DNA from: Gaiellaceae bacterium
Lineage (GTDB): Bacteria > Actinomycetota > Thermoleophilia > Gaiellales > Gaiellaceae
Reading direction: 5' to 3'
Assembly (NCBI GenBank): GCA_036493955.1
Contig: DASXOW010000042.1
Location: 2,996-66,995 of the forward strand
DNA length: 64,000 bases
In this document: piece after piece, positions 43,977 to 55,761 of the stretch
Numbering within the stretch: position 1 is the first letter of the stretch
How the letters are laid out: each line of letters starts with the position of its first letter
Program-made: the position numbers and the translations under genes
Notes under the pieces: generated by a model
Told to the model about the DNA's origin: nothing
Database searches by the model: none
The model's input: the letters and a program-made list of their open reading frames with translations, nothing else

Positions 43977-44641
43977 GCAGGCTCGTCGTGAAGGTCGGCG
44001 GCGCCGTTGCGACCGAGTCGGCGGATCGGATCCTCGGCCTGCGCGAGGAGGGTCACGAAGTCGTGGTCGTGCACGGCGCCGGCCCGCAGATCACCCAGGA
44101 GATGCAGCGGCGCGGGATCCCCGTGCAGTTCGTCCACGGGCGGCGGCGCACGTCGCGGCGCGCACTCGACGTCGTGCGCGAGTCGTTCGTCACCGTCAAC
44201 GCCGACCTGTGCGACGCGCTCGGCGACGTCGCCGTGCCCGTGATCGGCGACACGGCCGGCATGCTCGCCGTGCCGGTGCCGCCGCTCGGCTGGGTCGGCG
44301 ACCCACTCCCGTGCCGGCCGAGGTCGCTCCTCGCTGCGTTGACCGCGGGCAAGGTTCCTGTCGTCGCGCCGCTCGCAGTCGGGCCGCTGAACGTCAACGC
44401 CGACGACGCGTCGGCCGCGCTCGCCCTCGGGCTCGGAGCGGAACGGCTCGTGTTCCTCACGGACGTTCCCGGCCTACTTGTCGACGACGAGGTCGTCGGG
44501 TCGATCCGCGCCGGTGAAGCCAGCCGGCTGCTCGACGCGGGCGCGTTCGACGGCGGCATCATCCCGAAGCTCCGCGCCGCCGCGCTTGCCGCCACGAGCG
44601 GCATCACGGCGCACATCGGCGCGACGGCGGTGGTCGCGTGA
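43973..44641 (+). CDS. argB: acetylglutamate kinase (short form, 222 aa)
   Basis: VVKVGG...VVVHGAGPQI motifs. ATGA overlap with argJ. Confidence 0.85.
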   Translation: MSRLVVKVGGAVATESADRILGLREEGHEVVVVHGAGPQITQEMQRRGIPVQFVHGRRRTSRRALDVVRESFVTVNADLCDALGDVAVPVIGDTAGMLAVPVPPLGWVGDPLPCRPRSLLAALTAGKVPVVAPLAVGPLNVNADDASAALALGLGAERLVFLTDVPGLLVDDEVVGSIRAGEASRLLDAGAFDGGIIPKLRAAALAATSGITAHIGATAVVA

Positions 44642-45731
44642 TCGCTCACGCTCCGCTGTTGCCGACGTACGCACGACTCGACGTCACGTTCGTCGACGGC
44701 GACGGCTCGTGGCTCTACGACGATGAGGGCAACCGCTATCTCGATCTCTTCGCCGGCATCGCCGTCGTGGGGCTGGGGCACCGCCATCCCGCACCGACCG
44801 ACGCGGCGCATGCACAGCTCGATCGCCTCTGGCACGTCTCGAACCTCTACTGGACGACGCCGATGCAGGAGCTCGCGTCGAAGTTGTCGGACCGCTTCGG
44901 TGGAGCGAGCGCGTTCTTCTGCAACTCGGGCGCGGAGGCGGTCGAGGCCGCGCTCAAGTGGGCACGCAAGGCGACGGGCCGCACGGAGATCGTCGCGCTC
45001 GACGGTTCGTTCCACGGGCGCACGTTCGGCGCGCTGTCGGTCACGGGACAGCCGGCGAAGCGCGCGGCGTTCGAGCCGCTCGTTCCGGGTGCGCAGTTCG
45101 GCCTCGAGTACGTCGGGCCGGACACCGCCGCGATCCTCCTCGAGCCGGTGCAGGGCGAAGGCGGCGTGCATCCACTCACGCACGAGTTCCTCGCCGCGGC
45201 GCGTGCGCTCGCAGACGAGCACGGCGCACTGCTCGTGTTCGACGAGGTGCAGACGGGCGTCGGCCGCTCCGGCAGCTTCTTCGCCTGGCAGGAGCTCGGC
45301 GTGAAGCCCGACGCGGTCACACTCGCGAAGGGTCTCGCGAACGGGTTGCCGATCGGCGCGCTGCTCGTGTCGGACGACGCGCCGACGGGGTTCGAGCCCG
45401 GCGATCACGCGTCGACGTTCGGCGGCAATCCCGTCGCGTGCGCGGCGGCGTGCGCGGTCGTCGACACGGTCGACGACGAGCTGCTCGCCGACGTTCACGA
45501 CGTGTCCACCTACTTGCGCGACGGGCTCGCCGCGTTCGGCGAGGTGCGCGGGCTCGGGCTCCTGCTCGCGGTCGAGCTCGACCGCCCCGCCGCGCCGATC
45601 GTTGATGCGGCCCTCGCGAACGGGCTCGTGATCGGCAGTGCCGGCGAGCGCGTTCTCCGCCTCACGCCGCCCTTGACGCTGTCGCGCGACGAAGCGGCGC
45701 TCGCGCTGAAGCTGCTGGAAGGAGCATTGGC

Positions 45732-45735
<4 letters not shown>
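44638..45735 (+). CDS. argD: acetylornithine aminotransferase
   Basis: Class-III aminotransferase with FCNSGAEA, DEVQTG and TLAKGL (PLP Lys). GTGA overlap with argB. Confidence 0.92.
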
Positions 45736-48665
<2,930 letters not shown>

Positions 48666-48669
<4 letters not shown>

Positions 48670-49562
48670 CCGCGCCGATCGCCGTGTCGCTCGCCGGGCG
48701 CGACCTGCTCTGCATCTCCGACCTCGTCCCCGCGGAGGCCGAAGCGATCCTCGACCGCGCCGTCGAGCTCCGCGCCGAGCCGAAGCAACCGCTCTTGCCC
48801 GGAGCGACACTCGGGCTCTACTTCTCCAAGCACTCGACCCGGACGCGCGTGTCGTTCTCAGCCGGCATCGCGCAGCTCGGCGGGGTCGCGATCCCGCTCA
48901 CGCCCGACGAGCTCCAGCTTTCACGCGGGGAATCGCTACACGACACCGCCCACGCGCTCTCCGGGTACCTCGACGTCCTGGCCATCCGCACGCACGCGCA
49001 CGAAGAGCTCGAAGCATGGGCCGAGCACGCGTCGATCCCGGTGATCAACGCATTGACGGGGCTCGAGCATCCGTGCCAGGCACTCGCCGACGCGCTGACG
49101 ATTCGCGACCGGCTCGGCAGCCTCGAGGGCGCACGGGTCGCGTGGGTCGGTGACGGCTCGAACGTCCTGACGTCGCTCGCGGCGCTCGGCAACCTGCTCG
49201 GCTACGAGGTCGTCGCCGCGTGCCCGCCGGGCTACGAAAGTAACAGTCTGTTACAAGCGACCGTCGCGGACCCCCGCGAGGCCGTGGCGGGTGCCGACGT
49301 GGTCGTCACGGACACGTGGATCTCGATGGGACAGGAGCACGAGCGGACGCAGCGGCTGCACGACCTCGCTCCCTACCGGCTCGACGACGCGCTGCTCGCA
49401 CTCGCGTCGCCCGACGCATTCGTGATGCACTGCCTCCCCGCCCACCCCGGCGAGGAGATCACGGCGGACGTGCTCTACGGCAGCCGCTCGGCGATCTGGG
49501 ACGAGGCCGAGAACCGGCTCCACGTCCAGAAGGCGCTGCTCACGCTGCTGCTCGGCGCGTAG
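48666..49562 (+). CDS. argF: ornithine carbamoyltransferase
   Basis: 298 aa with SKHSTRTR, HPCQ and HCLP motifs. GTGA overlap with argH. Confidence 0.92.
49240..49254. repeat. second copy of the palindrome core inside argF
   Basis: GTAACAG-T-CTGTTAC (context AAAGTAACAGTCTGTTACAAG) shares the core GTAACAGNCTGTTAC with 48584..48614. Confidence 0.9.
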
Positions 49563-50652
49563 GCGTCGTCCGAACCAGCACCGTCACGAGGAACAACGCC
49601 GCGACGACGGCGAAGCCGATCCGCCCGTTACCCGGAAGCGAGAACGTCAGCCCGAGCAGCGGCGTGCCGACCAGGATCACTACGGCCGCGATCATGTTTA
49701 CGAAGCCGACCGCGGCGGCGGGTGCGTCCGGACGCACGCGCGCCGCTCCTGCGAACGACGGCGCGAACGGGATGCCCGCCGCGAGGCCGACGACGACTGC
49801 GCCGACCAGAGCAAACGCGAACGGCGTCGCGACCGTCAACGCGACCGTCCCGAAAGCGGCGGCGACGAAGCTCGCGCGCACGAGGGCCGGCCGATCGATC
49901 AACCGTCCGCCCGCCGGCCGCGAGATGACGCCGAGGAAGAGGATCAGGCCACCCGCGATCCCCGCCGTCGCCTCCGACACGCCGCCCGCGCGGTGCAGCA
50001 GCGTCACCGTCCAGTTCCCGAGCACGACGGAGAGCCCGAACGACGCGGCGTGCCACGCACCAAGCGGCAGCAGGCGACGATCTCGCACCGTCGCCCGGTT
50101 CAGGGACCGCGCGGCACGCGCACCATCGCGCGGTGCGAGCAGCACGATCACCACGCCGACGGCGGCGACGATTGTGGCGGCGACGAACGGCGTGCGCCAA
50201 CTCGCCCACAGCGGCAACAGCGCGACTGCGAGCCCACCGCCGGCCATGCTGATCGCACCGAAGAGCCCCTGCGCCACGGGAGTGCCGATCGTCGCCCGGA
50301 CGTAGTCGCTGCCGCCGACGAACGACGCCGCCGTGCCGAACCCGGCGACGAAGCGCATCGCGATCCCGAACCACGCTTCGCGCCACCCGAGCGCCGCGGC
50401 CGACGCGACCGTGACGACCACGAGCCCGGAGGCACCGACGGCGCGCGCGCCGAGCCGGTCGCAGAGGCGCCCCATCGGAACCTGCATCGCGGCGTGCGAC
50501 AGGAAGAGGGCCGTCGTGAACAGCCCGATGACAGCGAGGCCGACGCCGTACTGCCGCGAAGCCGCGTCGGCGACCGCGCCGACGTTCGCGACGTTGAACC
50601 CGGGCGTGAACGCGAGCGCGAAGCCGGCGATGAGCGAACGATCGAGACGCAC
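49540..50652 (-). CDS. MFS transporter
   Basis: 370 aa, about 12 TM, with a GRLCDRLGAR loop motif. Convergent with argF and overlapping it by 23 nt. Confidence 0.8.
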   Translation of the reverse strand: MRLDRSLIAGFALAFTPGFNVANVGAVADAASRQYGVGLAVIGLFTTALFLSHAAMQVPMGRLCDRLGARAVGASGLVVVTVASAAALGWREAWFGIAMRFVAGFGTAASFVGGSDYVRATIGTPVAQGLFGAISMAGGGLAVALLPLWASWRTPFVAATIVAAVGVVIVLLAPRDGARAARSLNRATVRDRRLLPLGAWHAASFGLSVVLGNWTVTLLHRAGGVSEATAGIAGGLILFLGVISRPAGGRLIDRPALVRASFVAAAFGTVALTVATPFAFALVGAVVVGLAAGIPFAPSFAGAARVRPDAPAAAVGFVNMIAAVVILVGTPLLGLTFSLPGNGRIGFAVVAALFLVTVLVRTTPTRRAAA

Positions 50653-50661
50653 CGCGCGAGG

Positions 50662-51162
50662 CTACCTCGCGGTGCTTCTCCTTTTCCGATACGCGCGTGT
50701 CTTCTTGCGGTTCCCGCAGAGCTGCATCGAGCACCACGTGCCCGAGCGGTTCGGCGAGCGGTCGTAAAACGACCAGCGGCAGTTGCGACACGCCTTCAGC
50801 CGGCCCCAGCTCCCGTCGAGCATCGCCCCGAGCGCGATCGCCACTACGCGGTCGAGCGCGTCGCCGTCCGTCGTCACGGTCACCGCCCCGGTCGCGTCGA
50901 CCTGCATGGAGACACGCCGGGCCGCGGCGTTCACGGTCGCGACCGCCTCGTCGTCGAGCGGCACGCCGTTGTTCGCGCGGACGAGCGCGCGCAACGCATA
51001 GCGCAGCGCGCGGGCACGGCGCTCGGCGCGGACGAGGCCGCGCTCGGCGAGCCAGTCCGGCAGCCAATCGACCTCGTTCTCGAGGTCCTGGCTGTTCAGC
51101 AGCAACTGCACCTCGCGGAGCGGAGGGGGCGCTGCATTCGGGATGTCATATCTCGGCAACAC
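50662..51162 (-). CDS. CGNR zinc-finger domain protein
   Basis: C-terminal C..C...WCSMQLCGNRKK motif. The start is uncertain (GTG 51162 or further upstream). Confidence 0.7.
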   Translation of the reverse strand: MLPRYDIPNAAPPPLREVQLLLNSQDLENEVDWLPDWLAERGLVRAERRARALRYALRALVRANNGVPLDDEAVATVNAAARRVSMQVDATGAVTVTTDGDALDRVVAIALGAMLDGSWGRLKACRNCRWSFYDRSPNRSGTWCSMQLCGNRKKTRAYRKRRSTAR

Positions 51163-54100
51163 CGGTACACTACCCCTGGTGGTGTTGCGCAGGATCACGT
51201 TCCCGCTCCGCCTCGTCGGCGCCAGGCTCGGTGCAGGCGGCGAACGGCTCGCGCTCGTCGCACTCGGGATCGTCGCCGGCGCCGCCGTGCTGGCCGCCGT
51301 CCTCGCCGGACGGCTGGTCATGCAAGACCGCGCGCTCCAACTCGCAGTCGGGCAGCTACAGCCGGGCGACCGCACCGTGCAGGTCGTCTGGAGCGGCGCC
51401 GCGACGAGCTTCGGCCAACTCGACCCGCAGGTGACACCGAAGGTCGAGGCGCTCACCGGCGAGAAGCCGGTCGCTGCGATGCTCTTCCGCGAGGCGTCGA
51501 TCCAGCGGCGACTCGTGAACGTGCGCGCCGCCGACGACCTGAACAAGTGGGTGATCCTCGACTCGGGCCGGCTGCCGAAACCGTGCGTGCCGTCGCACTG
51601 CGAGGTACTGCGTCTGAAGGGGACCGGCCCGATCCCGGCGACGAAGGACCTGAACCTGATCGAGGTCGGACGCGCGACGTTGAAGCCGGACGCGCCGTTC
51701 GGGCCGTTCGTGCTGCCGACACCGCCGACCGAGCAGGTCGCGCGCGCCGTTCGGTACCACACGCCACAGCCGTCGCCGACCGTGATCGCGAACGGTGTCG
51801 CCGCGATCTCGAAGACGCCCGAGCTCGAGACGTTCTACCGCGCCTACGGCTGGTTCCTCCCGGTCGGGCACGGCGAGGTGCATCCATGGGCGATCGACGC
51901 GTTCGAGCAGAAGGTGCAGCGCGTGACTGCAACCCTCGAGGCAGGGTCGGACCTGTTCCAGGTCACCGCGCCGAGCGACACGCTCGTCGCGGCCGCATCG
52001 TCGTCGCGCGTAGCGGCACGGCGGCTCCTGTTGCTCGGCGGCGAAGGTGGCGCGCTACTGATCGCATTCACCGTGCTCGCGGCAGCTGCGCTGCGGCGCG
52101 ATGTGACGGAAGCGCGGCAGCGCCTGACGTGGTTCGGCGCGCGACGCTGGCAGGTGGAGCTCTTCACGCTCGCCGAGTCGACCGCCGTCGCCGGAGCTGC
52201 GACCGTGGCGGGCTGGGTGCTCGGGGGCGCGGTCGCGGCCGTGATCGCGTCACGGGCCGGCTCGCCGGCCGGCGAGGTGATCAACCACGCACTGCTCACG
52301 ACCGGAGGCATTGCCGCGGCGATCGCGATCGCGGTGTGCGCCGGGCTGCTGCTCTACGCGACCGTCCGTGCTCCGGGCGTGCAACTCGGGCGACTCGCGC
52401 TGACGCCGCTCGACATGGCCGCGCTCGGCGCAATCGGCGTCGTGCTCGTCGGGTGGGCGCGCGGCTCCGTCAGCGCGCAGCAGCTGACGAGCGGCAGCGG
52501 CACGAACGCGTTCCTATTGCTCGTCCCCGCGCTCATCGTGTTCGCCGCCGCGATCATCTCCGCCCGGCTGCTCGCCCCGGCGCTGCGCGCGCTCGGCCGT
52601 GCGGGCCGGCGCGGGCCGGTGGCGCTTCGGCTCGCGGCCGCGTCGCTCGCGCGCAACCCCGGCCACGCCGCAGTCGCGGCGACGTTCCTCGTCGCCAGCC
52701 TCGGCCTCGCGCTGTTCGCGGTCGCCTATCGCTCGACGCTCACGCAGGGCCAACGCGACGAAGCCGCGTTCGCGGTCCCGGCCGACTACGTGCTCACCGA
52801 GGACTTCAACCAGCTCGTCCCGGTCCCGCACGGCGCGCAGCACCTGAACCGCGGGTCGACGCAGGTCGTGCGCCTGTCGGGCAACGTCCCGTCGGGGACG
52901 ACGTTCGGCTTCCTCGCCTTGCCTCCGCGCGCGATCGAGACGGTCGGCGGCTGGCGCAACGACTTCGCATCGAAGACGCGCGCGCAACTCGCGGCCGTCG
53001 TCGCACCGCAGGAGACGCCGCTGAAGACCGTGGCACTTCCACCTGGCCGCACGTTGACGCTGCCGGTGACGAGCACCGGCGACGACATCGGCGTGCGCGC
53101 GTTCTTCCGCTCGGCGCTCGGCGACTACGTCGCCGTCGGGCTCGGCCACACCCGCGCCGGCCACACTGTCGAGCTGCACTGCCGGGTGCCGTTCCGCCAC
53201 GCGACGCTCGCACAGATCCGCTTCGACATCCTGAACAACGGCCGGACAACGGCGAACGCCGGCACCGGCATTCAGCCAAGCGCGAAGGGAACCGTGTCGT
53301 TCGGCACGCTGCGTGTCAACGGCAGGGCGGTACCGCTGCCGAACTGGGTCGGAACAGGCGGGATCAGCGGCAAGCCCGGCAAGCTCGGCTACCTCCTCAC
53401 GCCGGACGAAGAGCCGACCTACCGCCCGGCGCAGGTGACCGACGGGCGGCCGCTACCGGTGCTCGTCACGCCCCACGTCGCGGAGGCGGCAGGGCCGCAC
53501 GGCGTGATCCCGATCGACGTCGAGGGTGAGCAGATCGCCGCGCGGATCGTCGGAGTCGTACGGCGGTTCCCCTCGATTCAGGGCGATGCGGTGGTCGCCG
53601 ACCTCTCACAGGCGGCAACGCGACTCGACACCCGCTCGCCCGGGCTCGGTACCCCCGACGAGCTCTGGGTGTCCGGGTCGACTCCCCCACGCACCCCGGA
53701 GCTCGCGGTCGCCTCGCGCGCCGACACACTCGCGCGGCTCACGTCAGATCCGCTCGCACGCGGCGCGCTCCTCACGCTCGCAGGCACTGCCGCGGTGGCG
53801 CTGCTGCTGGCACTCGTCGGACTCGTACTCTCCGTCGTCGGCGACGTCCGAGACGAGCGCGGCGAGCTGTTCGATCTCGAAGCGCAAGGAGCTGCGCCGT
53901 CGACGATCCGCACACACCTCCGGCTTCGCGCCGGCCTCGTGGCGACGTTCGGCGTCGCGGGCGGCGTGATCCTCGGGACGATCCTCTCGACGCTCGTCAT
54001 CTCGCTCGTCTCCGTGACCGCGAGCGCGGCCGAACCGGAGCCGCCACTCGTGCTCGCGCTCGACTGGCGGCTACTCGCGGTCGCGTGCGCCGGTTACATC

Positions 54101-54181
54101 GTCGCGGCGGTGCTGCTCGTCGGCGCGGCAACGCTCCTTCGCGGACGCGCGCCGTCGCGGGCGGCTGAGGCGGCCGTATGA
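51143..54181 (+). CDS. large FtsX/MacB-type ABC transporter permease with two FtsX modules
   Basis: 1012 aa. TM clusters at about residues 270-480 and 870-1000 are separated by large soluble domains. The start may be a downstream GTG. Confidence 0.75.
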   Translation: MSYLGNTGTLPLVVLRRITFPLRLVGARLGAGGERLALVALGIVAGAAVLAAVLAGRLVMQDRALQLAVGQLQPGDRTVQVVWSGAATSFGQLDPQVTPKVEALTGEKPVAAMLFREASIQRRLVNVRAADDLNKWVILDSGRLPKPCVPSHCEVLRLKGTGPIPATKDLNLIEVGRATLKPDAPFGPFVLPTPPTEQVARAVRYHTPQPSPTVIANGVAAISKTPELETFYRAYGWFLPVGHGEVHPWAIDAFEQKVQRVTATLEAGSDLFQVTAPSDTLVAAASSSRVAARRLLLLGGEGGALLIAFTVLAAAALRRDVTEARQRLTWFGARRWQVELFTLAESTAVAGAATVAGWVLGGAVAAVIASRAGSPAGEVINHALLTTGGIAAAIAIAVCAGLLLYATVRAPGVQLGRLALTPLDMAALGAIGVVLVGWARGSVSAQQLTSGSGTNAFLLLVPALIVFAAAIISARLLAPALRALGRAGRRGPVALRLAAASLARNPGHAAVAATFLVASLGLALFAVAYRSTLTQGQRDEAAFAVPADYVLTEDFNQLVPVPHGAQHLNRGSTQVVRLSGNVPSGTTFGFLALPPRAIETVGGWRNDFASKTRAQLAAVVAPQETPLKTVALPPGRTLTLPVTSTGDDIGVRAFFRSALGDYVAVGLGHTRAGHTVELHCRVPFRHATLAQIRFDILNNGRTTANAGTGIQPSAKGTVSFGTLRVNGRAVPLPNWVGTGGISGKPGKLGYLLTPDEEPTYRPAQVTDGRPLPVLVTPHVAEAAGPHGVIPIDVEGEQIAARIVGVVRRFPSIQGDAVVADLSQAATRLDTRSPGLGTPDELWVSGSTPPRTPELAVASRADTLARLTSDPLARGALLTLAGTAAVALLLALVGLVLSVVGDVRDERGELFDLEAQGAAPSTIRTHLRLRAGLVATFGVAGGVILGTILSTLVISLVSVTASAAEPEPPLVLALDWRLLAVACAGYIVAAVLLVGAATLLRGRAPSRAAEAAV

Positions 54182-55734
54182 CTACCACCGCGATCGAGCT
54201 GCGCGACGTGTTCCGCGTCCACTCGACCCCGGAAGGTGACGCTGCAGCCCTGCAAGGGCTCTCGTTGAACATCGCCGACGGCGAGGTGCTCGCGGTGCTC
54301 GGCCCGAGCGGCTCCGGCAAGTCGACGTTGCTGCGGCTCCTGGCCGGCCTCGAGCGGCCGTCGGCGGGTGCGGTGCGCGTCTACGGCGAGGAGCTCGGGA
54401 AGCTCCCGTCCCGCGGCCTCGCGCGCTACCGCTCGACGATGCTCGGATACGCCGACCAGCACTACGCCCGGGCGCTCGCGCCCGAGCTCTCGGCGCGGCG
54501 GCTTGTCGCGCTCCAGCTTGGCCTCCGCGGCACGACCGGTGAGGAGCGGCTGCGCCGCGCCGACGAGCTGCTCGAGCGCGTCGGGCTCGCAGCGAAGCGC
54601 GACCGGCGGCCGTGGGAGCTCTCCGGCGGTGAGCAGCAGCGCGTCGCGCTCTGCGCGGCGCTCGCGCACCGGCCGCGCGTCTTCCTCGCCGACGAGCCGA
54701 CCGGCGAGCTCGACGCCGCGACCGCCGACCAGGTGTACGACGTCCTCGGCGAGCTGGTCCGCGAGCACGGCTGCACGACGGTGATCGTCAGCCACGACCC
54801 CGAGTCGTCCCGCATCGCCGATCGCATCGTCCGCATCCGCGACGGCCGCGTCTCGGAGGAGTGGTCGCGCGCGGACGGCGACACGGACACGATCGTCGTC
54901 GGCCGCGGCGGCTGGCTGCGACTGCCGGAGGAGCTGCTCCTCCGCGCCGGGATCGGTGCGAAGGCGACAGCGCGGTTCCAGGACGGCACCGTCGTCGTCG
55001 AGCCGTCGGGAGAAGCGCGCGTCGCCGAGCGAGCGTCAGACACCACGAAGGTGTCCGACACCCCTTCGGGTCGCCTGGTGCTCTCGGCAACCGGTCTGAC
55101 CCACCGCTACGGCGCGACCACCGTCTTCGAAGGGATCGGCGCCGAGCTGCACGCGGGCCGCCTACACGCGGTCACCGGACCGTCGGGCTCCGGCAAGACG
55201 ACGCTGCTGCACATCCTCGCCGGCCTCGAGCTGCCGGCCGCCGGGACCGTGACTGTCGACGGGACCGAATTGACGGCACTCGACCGCGCGGCCCGGGCGC
55301 ACGTGCGCCGCGAGAAGATCGCGTACGTCGGCCAGCAGACCGGGCTTGTGCCGCACCTCTCTGCCCTCGAGAACGTCGAGCTGGCACTCGCACTGCGCGG
55401 GCGCGACGAGACGCGCCCGGACGCGCTCGCGGCGCTCGACTCCGTCGGGCTGTCGGAGCGCGCGACCCAGCGAGTCGCCCGTCTCTCGCAGGGTGAGCGG
55501 GCCCGTGTGGCGATCGCCCGCGCGATCGCGACGCGACCGCTGGTGCTCCTTGCCGACGAGCCGACCTCCCGGCTCGACGGGGCGAACGCGATCGCGGTCG
55601 CGATCCTCCTCTCACGGCTGGCGCGGGACACGGGCGCGGCGGTGGTCTGCGCGACCCACGATCCGCTCGTGATCGAGCAATCGGACACTTCGATATCACT
55701 TGCCCACGTCCCTCGAATGGGGGAAGACCGGTGA
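54178..55734 (+). CDS. ABC transporter ATP-binding protein with two fused nucleotide-binding domains
   Basis: Two sets of motifs: GPSGSGKST / LSGGEQQRVAL / VFLADEP and GPSGSGKTT / LSQGERARVAI / VLLADEP. ATGA overlap with the permease gene. Confidence 0.9.
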   Translation: MTTTAIELRDVFRVHSTPEGDAAALQGLSLNIADGEVLAVLGPSGSGKSTLLRLLAGLERPSAGAVRVYGEELGKLPSRGLARYRSTMLGYADQHYARALAPELSARRLVALQLGLRGTTGEERLRRADELLERVGLAAKRDRRPWELSGGEQQRVALCAALAHRPRVFLADEPTGELDAATADQVYDVLGELVREHGCTTVIVSHDPESSRIADRIVRIRDGRVSEEWSRADGDTDTIVVGRGGWLRLPEELLLRAGIGAKATARFQDGTVVVEPSGEARVAERASDTTKVSDTPSGRLVLSATGLTHRYGATTVFEGIGAELHAGRLHAVTGPSGSGKTTLLHILAGLELPAAGTVTVDGTELTALDRAARAHVRREKIAYVGQQTGLVPHLSALENVELALALRGRDETRPDALAALDSVGLSERATQRVARLSQGERARVAIARAIATRPLVLLADEPTSRLDGANAIAVAILLSRLARDTGAAVVCATHDPLVIEQSDTSISLAHVPRMGEDR

Positions 55735-55761
55735 TTTGTGAAAACCGATCTTCTGTAGGCG

